Virus record (IMG/VR): IMGVR_UViG_3300028629_000440
Location: 1 to 33,260 of that record
From: a virus
Lineage: Duplodnaviria > Caudoviricetes
Direction: 5' to 3' (one strand)
DNA: 33,260 nucleotides
Position 1 is the first letter of the stretch. Every line of letters begins with the position of its first letter. Below, piece by piece: positions 24,469 to 31,873 of the stretch. Made by a program: the position numbers and the translations under genes. Under the pieces are notes generated by a model. The model was not told the DNA's origin and searched no databases. It was given only the letters and a program-made list of their open reading frames with translations.

Positions 24469-25263
24469 TCAGGCCCCAATGCCCAAGAGCGAGAAGTCCC
24501 CGTCCTCGTAGACCTTCTCGACGTAGACGGCGACCGGCTTCTTGATGAGGGTCTTGGCCAGCGCGTCCTCGGCATCGGCGTACCGGACCCACATGTACTC
24601 CCAGCCCTTCTTCGAGATCCCACCGATGCCGCCCACGGTGATGCCGGCGCGGTTGGGGCTCGAGGCGAACTTGAAGCTGATCTCCCACTTCTCGGTGCCG
24701 CGCTTCGAGCCAGAGGCGCCCAGGAACAGGCACTCCCCGGGCTGGAAGCCGCGGAAGGCGGCCTGGTTCACCCGGCCGGTCAGCATGAAGAGAATGCCCT
24801 TGTACGGGTTCGTGACCACGCTGTCGGCCAGGTAGTGGGTCTCGGAGAAGCTGTAGACAGGCAGGGTGATGTCCACACCCTCGACCGCGTCGGCCGTGAC
24901 GCCGATGGCCCCCTTGAAGTCCGGAGCGTTGACGCCGTACCGGTTCACCGTGGCCAGGCTCTGGGTGATGTGCTGGTTGCCGCCGCCGGTATCGAAGCTG
25001 AAGACCGGCTCGTCTCCGGGGCTGCCGGCCTCAGGGCTCTCGTAGCGGACTGCGACCGTCCAAGTGTGCAGGTTGATGCGTGCGGTGATCTCGATGGATT
25101 TCCGGGGCAGGCCGGCGTAGGTCGTGGGCGTCCCCACCGTGGCCACGGCCTTGACCTCATCCTCGTCGGCCGCGTCCCGGACCACGAAGGAAATCTCGGC
25201 CGAGGACTTCTCGGCCATGGTCTCGGTGCGTCCCGAGAAGAGTTCCTCGATCACCGCGGGCAT
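24469..25263 (-). CDS. prophage minor tail protein following the tape measure
   Basis: 1-nt overlap with the TMP stop. GRVNQAAFRGFQPGECLFLGASG and KKGWEYMWVRY motifs. Confidence 0.8.
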   Translation of the reverse strand: MPAVIEELFSGRTETMAEKSSAEISFVVRDAADEDEVKAVATVGTPTTYAGLPRKSIEITARINLHTWTVAVRYESPEAGSPGDEPVFSFDTGGGNQHITQSLATVNRYGVNAPDFKGAIGVTADAVEGVDITLPVYSFSETHYLADSVVTNPYKGILFMLTGRVNQAAFRGFQPGECLFLGASGSKRGTEKWEISFKFASSPNRAGITVGGIGGISKKGWEYMWVRYADAEDALAKTLIKKPVAVYVEKVYEDGDFSLLGIGA

Positions 25264-27215
25264 CAGTCGAACTCCTGCCCGTTATCGGCCATGCGGTCGA
25301 CGATCTTCTTGGTGTTCTTGGCGGTCTCTTCGGCCGCCTTGGCAGTGCGTTCCTCCACCAGGCTGGGGCCCACGGCCAAGCCCCTAGCTGCTTCGGCGCT
25401 GAACGTGCCCACGACCTCGATCTTCGAGATCCGTTCCACGGCCGGCAGAATCTCGTCCTGGAACTTCTCGCGCGGCGGGATGGTCGGCGCCTCAGGCGGT
25501 GGCTCGGGCTTCTTCTGCTCTGCGGCCAGGCGCTTGGCCTTGGCCTCTGCCAGTGCCGCCGCCCACTCGTCCTTGGCCGCTTTCAGGGCGGCCTCCGAGT
25601 CGGCCAGATCCTTGTCGTGGCTCTCCTTCCGGGCCTTGTCCTTGGCGTCGGCCTCGTCGAGGATGGAGTTGATGACCTCTTTGCGCTCGACCTCGATGGC
25701 GGCCAGCTCCTTGTCCCGTTCTGCGCGGGTTGCCTCGCTCCGCACCTCGGCCGACTTGTTCATCTCTGCGGTCCGGCGGTCGATATTGCGGCTGACGGCT
25801 TCCACGTCGATGCTGGAGTCGAGGGTGCCCAGCACCTTGGCCCACTGTTTAGCCATCCATCCCTGTACCCGGTTCCAGATCCTGAGCACCGCCGTGGAGA
25901 ACCGGGTCCAGAGGTTCAGCAGGAAGTTGATGGTGCCGGTCCAGATCTTCCGCAGTCCGTACCAGGCCTCGGCCACCACGATGGTGAGGCCGTCGAAAAT
26001 GTCGCTCGAAGTCTGCAGGAACCAGTACTTGAACGCGTACCAGTAACCCTTGAGCCAGTTGATGCCGGCCTGCCAAACCACCTTCATGGACAGCCACATG
26101 ATCCTGGCCGCCAGGGCGATATCCCCGGCCGCCAGCGCGTCTTTGATGCCCTGGAGCGAGTCCAGGGCGAAGCTCTTGAGATCGTCGAACCGCGCGCCCA
26201 GCCACTCGAGCGCCTTGCCGCCAGCGCCCGTCGCCCACACGATATAGGCGGCCAGGCCAGCCAGGGCGGTCACGACCATCCCTACTGGCGTCAGAATGAA
26301 GCCCAGCGCGGTGGAGATCACCGACGCCATGACCCCGAATGCGGTGCCCACCGCCGAGACCACGGGCCCCAACGCGGTCAGCCCCACGCCCACGCCGAGG
26401 ACCACCGCCCCAATCTTGAGGATCGAGACCACGAGGCCTCGGTTTTCGGCGAGCCAGTCCCGGAAGGCCATGATCAGCCGGGTGACCTTGTCGGCCATCT
26501 CGGTCATGATGGGCGCGAGCGCCGAGCCTACCGTCACGACCAGGCTCCGCAGTGTTGCCATGACACGGTTGAAGGCGTCGTTGAGCGCAGCTGCCGCCTT
26601 GGCATCCTGCGTCGACATGACCACGCCCAGGCGCCTGGCCTCGGCCCTGGCCTCCCCCAGGCCGTCGATCATGGGCAGGAGCATGGTGCCGGACTTGCCG
26701 AAGATCTCCATGGCGGCCGCCGCCTTGAGCGTGGGATCGGAGATATCGTTGAGCCGTTTGGCGATGGCCAGGAACTGGTCCTCGGGCTTCAAGATCTGCA
26801 GCTGCTCTGCGTCGAAACCGAGCGTGGCCAACGCCTCGGCGGCCGTCTTCGAGCCATCGGCGGCGTTGACGATCACTCGCTGCATACGCTTGGCAGCGGC
26901 CTCTACGTCGGCCAAGTCCGCGCCGGCCATGTCCGCGGCGTAGCCCAGCTCCGAGAGCGTCTCCACGCTGAACCCGGTGCGTTTGGCCATCTTGTCGAGC
27001 TTATCGCCCATATCAGAGAAGCCCTTGGCGCTGGCCAGCAAGGGCGTCACGATACCGGCGCCCACGGCCATCATCCGCAGGCCGGTGGCTTCCAGGCCGG
27101 CGCCGAAGGCTTTCAGCCGCCGTGAGGCAGCCTGCAGCCCCTTCACAAGCCCCAGGTCGTTGGCGTAGAGCTCGATGAAGGCCGCGCCGGCCCGGATGCC
27201 GCCTGCCGATGCCAT
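25263..27215 (-). CDS. phage tail tape measure protein
   Basis: GIRAGAAFIEL start, long Ala-rich helices, AAAMEIFGKSG motif, TM-like central region, Trp-periodic repeats. Confidence 0.92.
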   Translation of the reverse strand: MASAGGIRAGAAFIELYANDLGLVKGLQAASRRLKAFGAGLEATGLRMMAVGAGIVTPLLASAKGFSDMGDKLDKMAKRTGFSVETLSELGYAADMAGADLADVEAAAKRMQRVIVNAADGSKTAAEALATLGFDAEQLQILKPEDQFLAIAKRLNDISDPTLKAAAAMEIFGKSGTMLLPMIDGLGEARAEARRLGVVMSTQDAKAAAALNDAFNRVMATLRSLVVTVGSALAPIMTEMADKVTRLIMAFRDWLAENRGLVVSILKIGAVVLGVGVGLTALGPVVSAVGTAFGVMASVISTALGFILTPVGMVVTALAGLAAYIVWATGAGGKALEWLGARFDDLKSFALDSLQGIKDALAAGDIALAARIMWLSMKVVWQAGINWLKGYWYAFKYWFLQTSSDIFDGLTIVVAEAWYGLRKIWTGTINFLLNLWTRFSTAVLRIWNRVQGWMAKQWAKVLGTLDSSIDVEAVSRNIDRRTAEMNKSAEVRSEATRAERDKELAAIEVERKEVINSILDEADAKDKARKESHDKDLADSEAALKAAKDEWAAALAEAKAKRLAAEQKKPEPPPEAPTIPPREKFQDEILPAVERISKIEVVGTFSAEAARGLAVGPSLVEERTAKAAEETAKNTKKIVDRMADNGQEFD

Positions 27216-27218
27216 GGG

Positions 27219-27425
27219 TTACTTCCCCGGGTCTGCCAGAGCCCACCAGCCGGCCGGGAGCACCACCACCGCCGGCACTTCCCGGCCGTCCTTGTCAGCT
27301 ACCCAGACCTTGGCCTTGACCGGCTCCCGGAGTCTGACCGGCTCCCCCTCGGGAACCACGATGACTCTGGCCCCACAGCCAAGACAGGCAATGAAGAGCA
27401 ATGCGACTATTGCGAGGCTACGCAT
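27219..27425 (-). CDS. small putative lipoprotein (o-spanin-like position)
   Basis: True start at ATG 27425 with GGAGG. MRSLAIVALLFIACLGC signal + Cys, 68 aa, Pro-containing. Confidence 0.7.
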   Translation of the reverse strand: MRSLAIVALLFIACLGCGARVIVVPEGEPVRLREPVKAKVWVADKDGREVPAVVVLPAGWWALADPGK

Positions 27426-27876
27426 GTATCCCGATCCTCCAATCCGGCATGCGGTTCCCGTTGCGCCACTTCGCCCAATTGCAGTTGGAACACAGGACCT
27501 GATATCCCGCCGGATACCCATTGCGCCTGAGCAAATAGTAGATGTTCTTGCGGCCCAACTCCTTTCGGTGCTTGTTCCCATCGCCGTTGACGTGATCTAC
27601 TGCCAGCACTACGGGATCTGATTCGCCGCAACAGATGCACTTGCCGCCATAGGCGCTAACCACTTCGTTTCTCAGCTGTTGTCTCTTAGCGCGCGCGAGC
27701 GCTCGCCTTCTAGCCACTTTCTCGGGGGCCAGCCTTATCCGCTGGTAGCGATCACGGTAATACACGCGAATGCAATCCACACACCATCCTCTGCGCCCAG
27801 TCCTGCATGGGAGCCGGCGTCTGATGAATGCCTCATCAGGGCACTCGCGTCCGCAGTGGCTGCAGACTGCGCTCAT
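27418..27876 (-). CDS. HNH endonuclease with CxxC zinc motifs
   Basis: AYGGKCICCGE..LAVDHVNGDG...YQVLCSNCNWAK. N-terminal CSHC/CVDC. Confidence 0.85.
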   Translation of the reverse strand: MSAVCSHCGRECPDEAFIRRRLPCRTGRRGWCVDCIRVYYRDRYQRIRLAPEKVARRRALARAKRQQLRNEVVSAYGGKCICCGESDPVVLAVDHVNGDGNKHRKELGRKNIYYLLRRNGYPAGYQVLCSNCNWAKWRNGNRMPDWRIGIHA

Positions 27877-28064
27877 TTCGTGCTCTTGGCTTCCCGAACC
27901 CGCTTGATCAGACGCTCGCGCAGATCGTCACGGCGAGCACCATCCTCGACGCTGTCGGCCAGCCCTTCCCTGATCGCATAGGCGAGCACCTCCACAAGCA
28001 CCGGGGCGCACTCGGCGAGCATCGCACCGAGGAAGCGCCCCAGCACGACCGCCAGGCCGCTCAC
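27873..28064 (-). CDS. small protein with hydrophobic N-terminus and charged helical tail
   Basis: GTGA- and ATGA-coupled to both neighbours. Confidence 0.65.
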   Translation of the reverse strand: MSGLAVVLGRFLGAMLAECAPVLVEVLAYAIREGLADSVEDGARRDDLRERLIKRVREAKSTK

Positions 28065-28258
28065 TTGACCCCCACGTCCTCGGACGTGACGCGATTGTCA
28101 CGCGCGGCGATCAACCCGATCCCGGCCGCCACCGCGGCGCACACCGCCGTCCAGTCCGGGTTGGTGTTCGGGTCGCCGTCGACCAGCAGCTTCACCGCGC
28201 CGGCCACCGCCGTCAGGATCGCGCAGATCCCCATCACCGTAGTCTTCCAGCTCTTCAC
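28061..28258 (-). CDS. holin-like two-TM protein
   Basis: MKSWKTTVMGICAILTAVAGAV..PDWTAVCAAVAAGIGLIAARD: two hydrophobic segments and a charged C-tail. GGAGG RBS. Confidence 0.7.
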   Translation of the reverse strand: MKSWKTTVMGICAILTAVAGAVKLLVDGDPNTNPDWTAVCAAVAAGIGLIAARDNRVTSEDVGVK

Positions 28259-28277
28259 GTTCGGCCTCCTTCCTCAG

Positions 28278-28550
28278 CTATGTTCCATCCACGAAGACCA
28301 CCTTCAGGATGGACAGGTTCTTGGTCTTGGGCGCCGACCTCGCTCGCTGCAGGTACGGGTGGAAGCTCTCAGCGCCGTAGGGCCCGTGCTTCTTGGGGTC
28401 CCGGTTCACATTTGCGATCATTGCCATGATGGATGCCGTATGGTTCCAGGCCTCGCGGCTCTTGCCCTCGGCCATCCAGGCGAGTTCCCGCAGCGTGAAT
28501 GGCCCTGGCTCTACTCCGATGATGCCGGCGAGCCGCCAGATGAGCTGCCA
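28278..28550 (-). CDS. tail assembly chaperone T segment (probably reached by -1 frameshift)
   Basis: In the -1 frame relative to 28511..28984. Protein-like WQLIWRLAGIIGVEPGPFTLRELAW extends upstream of ATG 28475 with no start codon of its own. Confidence 0.65.
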   Translation of the reverse strand, partial: WQLIWRLAGIIGVEPGPFTLRELAWMAEGKSREAWNHTASIMAMIANVNRDPKKHGPYGAESFHPYLQRARSAPKTKNLSILKVVFVDGT

Positions 28551-28984
28551 CGTTCGGCCAGCGCCGCCTCGAACTGGGCATCCAGCTCCGGGCTGATCAG
28601 CCGCTGCTCGGCCCTGGTCAGGATCATGGCCTGGAAGGTGTCGAACTTGTCCATCAGCTTCCGGAGCACCTTCCGGCGGCCCTGGGGGAAAAAATCGACG
28701 AGTTCCCCCGAGAGAGCTGCAATCGCGCCGTCGAGCGCATCGCCGCCCATAGCCCGGCCGAAGTCCTCGTCCGAGACCTTCTGGGCGTCGGCCTCGGGCT
28801 TGACCACGGCGTAGAGCACGTCGCAGAGGAAGACCGGATCTCCAGAGAGCCGGTCGATCAGCTTCCCCTCCAGCACCTCGAGGAGGTCCACGGCCAGGAG
28901 CGAGCGCACGCGCTTGAGCGCATCCACGTTCACCTGGATGGACCAGGTCCGGCCGGCGTTGTCCTTGAAGGTTCGCATGGCCAT
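28511..28984 (-). CDS. tail assembly chaperone (gpG-like)
   Basis: Lies between the tail tube and TMP genes. MRTFKDNAGRTW start, LVDFFP motif. Confidence 0.8.
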   Translation of the reverse strand: MAMRTFKDNAGRTWSIQVNVDALKRVRSLLAVDLLEVLEGKLIDRLSGDPVFLCDVLYAVVKPEADAQKVSDEDFGRAMGGDALDGAIAALSGELVDFFPQGRRKVLRKLMDKFDTFQAMILTRAEQRLISPELDAQFEAALAERGSSSGGSPASSE

Positions 28985-28991
28985 CCTCCTC

Positions 28992-29429
28992 TCAGGTGAC
29001 CTTCATCCACTCGGGAGCGTGCTCGGCGTAGGTCGGCTTGATGGTCACCGACACCGACATGGCTTCCTCGAGTGGCTCCTTGCGGCTGAAGCTGATCACC
29101 GACATGGTCGCGCGCAGGCCCTGGCTGCCCGACGTCGCTATGGGACCATCCATGACCGCCATCTCCACCGGCGTGTCGCCGAACCAGGCGTTCTGCAGCG
29201 CGGTGAAGCCGGCGTCCTCGGTGTCCCAGACCATCTCGAACTCGATGGAGCCCTCTTTGAGCGTCCCCACCGTCGCCTTCCAGCCGGCGTTGCCGCGCGT
29301 GGTGAGATCGGCCTCACCCTTCTCGAGGGTCAGGGTCACGTCCTTGACGTTCTTCAGCTCCTTCCAGTCCGGCGTCGCGTAGCTGCCGGCGTTGTAGTAG
29401 AGCTTGCCTTCCATGCCCAGTCGGTTCAT
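28992..29429 (-). CDS. major tail tube protein
   Basis: LKNVKDVTLTLEKGEADLTTR..GWKATVGTLKEGSIEFEMVWD...FSRKEPLEEAMSVSVTIKP. GGAGG RBS. Confidence 0.85.
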   Translation of the reverse strand: MNRLGMEGKLYYNAGSYATPDWKELKNVKDVTLTLEKGEADLTTRGNAGWKATVGTLKEGSIEFEMVWDTEDAGFTALQNAWFGDTPVEMAVMDGPIATSGSQGLRATMSVISFSRKEPLEEAMSVSVTIKPTYAEHAPEWMKVT

Positions 29430-29440
29430 GCGTTGTCCTC

Positions 29441-30016
29441 CTACCCTCGGACCGAGTTAGCCCACATCTTCGAGATCTGCGGCCGGCCGATCTGCAGGGC
29501 CGGGCCCATGAACGGCCGCCGCGGGTACCTCCGCGGCTTGGTGCTCTGCGCCGGACGATGGGCCGGCGGCAGCTTCGCCGCCTCTTCCTTTGCCCGGGCG
29601 ACCTGCCTGGCGGTCTTGAGCCGGACCACCACCGGCTTGCCGCCGTCAACCGAGATCGGGCCATGGCCGCCGACCTCGAACTTCCAGTTGGTCTTCCGCG
29701 CCTTGCGTTTCTTGGCCGGCTCCGTGCCGCCGAACTCGTGGGTCCGGCCAATCTTCCCCACCGCGGTCACCGTCGGCCCGATCACCACGCCCTGCCGGGC
29801 CTTCTCCACCCCGAACAGGATCGCATCCTTGAGCCGACCCTTCCGGCTGTGCGGCTGGTGCCCGGGCGCCGATGGCTCGGCCGAGACCTTGATGCTCCGC
29901 CGGGCGATCCCCCGTAGATAGGCGCCGGCCTTGCCCAGGCTCTTAATCGAGCCCTTGCGGGTGGCCCGCACCACCTTGCGGCGGTCCATCCGGGAGCGCA
30001 CCTTCACGCGAACCAC
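29441..30016 (-). CDS. neck / tail-completion protein (HK97 gp10-like)
   Basis: Basic protein: KAGAYLRGIARRSI...GRLKDAI...HEFGG...PRRPFMGPAL. GTG 30016 chosen as start. Confidence 0.75.
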   Translation of the reverse strand: MVRVKVRSRMDRRKVVRATRKGSIKSLGKAGAYLRGIARRSIKVSAEPSAPGHQPHSRKGRLKDAILFGVEKARQGVVIGPTVTAVGKIGRTHEFGGTEPAKKRKARKTNWKFEVGGHGPISVDGGKPVVVRLKTARQVARAKEEAAKLPPAHRPAQSTKPRRYPRRPFMGPALQIGRPQISKMWANSVRG

Positions 30017-30018
30017 GG

Positions 30019-30432
30019 TCAGAATCCCTGCGGCATCGCGCCGCGTGGATAGCGCAGGTAGTGAGCCTCGAGCCAGGCGCTGCCTGCTGGCTGGCCGGAA
30101 CCGTTCTTTACGAAGGCCACGAGCCGGCCACCGCCCGGGATGATCACGCGCTTGGTGACGTAGCAGTCCAGGAGGTCGAGATCCGAGCCCGAGCGCTCCT
30201 TGGTCATAGCCAGGTCCACCCAGGCCTTGTCGACGCCGACGATGGGCTCCATCTGTAGCACCGCGTAGCACGGCGCGCTGTTGGGCACGTAGACCGACAC
30301 CGCGGTGAGCAGCCAGTTCTCGTCGGCCGGCACAGTGCTGCCATGGAAGGTGACACTGCCGCCGGCGGGCACATGGCCCTCGACCTCCTCCAGGAAGAGC
30401 GGCGGCATCCGGCCGATATCAAGGTTCCACAT
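30019..30432 (-). CDS. hypothetical beta-rich prophage protein
   Basis: ATG 30432 lies 4 nt after the upstream stop and fills the gap in the operon. Confidence 0.65.
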   Translation of the reverse strand: MWNLDIGRMPPLFLEEVEGHVPAGGSVTFHGSTVPADENWLLTAVSVYVPNSAPCYAVLQMEPIVGVDKAWVDLAMTKERSGSDLDLLDCYVTKRVIIPGGGRLVAFVKNGSGQPAGSAWLEAHYLRYPRGAMPQGF

Positions 30433-30436
30433 GGCG

Positions 30437-30868
30437 TTACTCCATGATCCGAAAGGTGAAGGTGAGCACCGACGTGAACTGCCGCAGCTCGGCCATGTGC
30501 TCCTGACTGTAGATGGGCACGTTCTCGGTCTTGACCCAGACCACAAGCGGCTCGTGCGCCAGACGCTTGAGCTTGAAGACCGCCGCGATCTCCTCCACGA
30601 GCTGCATGAGCGGATCGACCTCGGCAGGATCAGTCGTGGCGAGCTTCTTCTGCACCGCCACGTCGACCTTGGCCTCCCGCGGCGTGCTTCCCCGCGAGCC
30701 CAGTTCCTGCTCGAGTCCTTTGGGCACCACCGTCACATGCAGCGTCTTCATGTCAGCCAGCTCGAAGATCGGCTGGTAAGCGCGCACCGCCGTGACCGGC
30801 ATGGAGAGCGTCGCCGAGTTCAACTCGGCGGCCACGGCATCAGCGATCTGCGGAAGAATTGCCGGCAC
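30437..30868 (-). CDS. putative tail terminator / head-tail protein
   Basis: IADAVAAELN...VDVAVQKKL...FTSVLTFTFR. GGAC/AAGGA upstream. Operon position. Confidence 0.7.
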   Translation of the reverse strand: MPAILPQIADAVAAELNSATLSMPVTAVRAYQPIFELADMKTLHVTVVPKGLEQELGSRGSTPREAKVDVAVQKKLATTDPAEVDPLMQLVEEIAAVFKLKRLAHEPLVVWVKTENVPIYSQEHMAELRQFTSVLTFTFRIME

Positions 30869-31127
30869 GGGTGGAGTCCTTCTTGCTAGTCGAGAGCGCC
30901 GCAGTAGTCTTCTCCAGGGCAGCCAACAGCGTCTCCCGGACCCACTTGTGGTCGCGTTCGATGGCCTCAGACATGCGCTTCTCGCGCAGCCAGTCCCGCC
31001 AGAGCACGTACCCGACCACCAGGCCGGCCAGGCCCCACTGCGCCCACATGGCGCCGTCGCCGCCGACCGGCACGGAGATGGCCAAGAGCGCGCCCATCCC
31101 CGTCTTCATGGCGATGTCCACCATCAT
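30840..31127 (-). CDS. small membrane protein (single TM + coiled coil, BhlA/holin-like)
   Basis: ATG 31127 overlaps the upstream stop. QWGLAGLVVGYVLWRDWLREKRM followed by a helical tail. Confidence 0.65.
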   Translation of the reverse strand: MMVDIAMKTGMGALLAISVPVGGDGAMWAQWGLAGLVVGYVLWRDWLREKRMSEAIERDHKWVRETLLAALEKTTAALSTSKKDSTRAGNSSADR

Positions 31128-31507
31128 GGCGCCTCCTCCGCCGCGACCTGCTTGGTATGAATCCGGAAGGTGTGCCGGTACAGATCCGAATACCGCCACT
31201 CTGGCTCCCTTCCTGGCGCCATGACCTCGTAGACGTAGATCGTGGTCCCCTGGCGCTCCCGCACCTGGTCGCCGCGCTTGGGAGTCGTTTCCGCCCCCGC
31301 GAGCACCAGTTCGCGGGCCAGGACCAGGTAGTCCCTGGTCTCTGTCCGCTCGGCCACGCCGTAGTCGTTGAGGATTTCGAAGACCGTCTTGCCAATCGTG
31401 GCCCGGACTTCGATGGCCTCCCCGGCGCGAACGTAGTGGACGGCCCGCGAAGCATGCTTTACGCGCTCGCGTTCCAGCCACTCCAATCCGCGCCGGAGGA
31501 GATCCAT
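31124..31507 (-). CDS. head-tail joining / head closure protein
   Basis: VHYVRAG..VRATIGKT...RDYLV...PKRGDQV...YEVM...RIHTK. Follows DUF2190. Confidence 0.75.
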   Translation of the reverse strand: MDLLRRGLEWLERERVKHASRAVHYVRAGEAIEVRATIGKTVFEILNDYGVAERTETRDYLVLARELVLAGAETTPKRGDQVRERQGTTIYVYEVMAPGREPEWRYSDLYRHTFRIHTKQVAAEEAP

Positions 31508-31516
31508 CGCCGGCTC

Positions 31517-31855
31517 CTACTGGCTGAGCCTGGCCCGGACGGCTTCGTCGGCGTCGGCCGCCGCCTTCACCGACTTCCCGAGGTACTTGTTGGCCCCGGC
31601 CTCGTCGTCGGTCTTGGCGACCTTGTCGGCCTCGTCCCAGTAGAGCTTGGCCCCGGCCGCAATGGCACTGCCCGCACCGGTTGCCTTGGGGAAGTCGAAG
31701 ACCCCGGCCACCGCCAGCGCCGCGAGTTCGCCGGCCTTGTGGTTGCGCTTCGTCACCCCCACCAGGTCGCCCACCACCACCACCGACCCGGCCGCCACAT
31801 CCGCGACCGGCACGTAGTCGATGGCATTGCCCTCATGCACGTACTCGGTGATCAT
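31517..31855 (-). CDS. DUF2190 family capsid decoration/cement protein
   Basis: YVHEGNAIDY..ADVAAGSVVVVGDLVGV...GVFDFPK...GAKLYWD...YLGK. Confidence 0.9.
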   Translation of the reverse strand: MITEYVHEGNAIDYVPVADVAAGSVVVVGDLVGVTKRNHKAGELAALAVAGVFDFPKATGAGSAIAAGAKLYWDEADKVAKTDDEAGANKYLGKSVKAAADADEAVRARLSQ

Positions 31856-31873
31856 CGCTCAGTTCCTTTCTGC

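Noticed and set aside
24163-29921. Long plus-strand ORFs (24163..26046, 25617..27125, 27828..28814, 28914..29921)
   Set aside because: Antisense shadows of GC3-rich phage genes. Low-complexity translations with no motifs.
10180-30546. Longest-ORF starts from the track (e.g. 12387, 13348, 20823, 22768, 23971, 27581, 30271, 30546)
   Set aside because: They overlap upstream genes or promoters, or lack an RBS. Downstream starts with an RBS or stop-start coupling were used instead.
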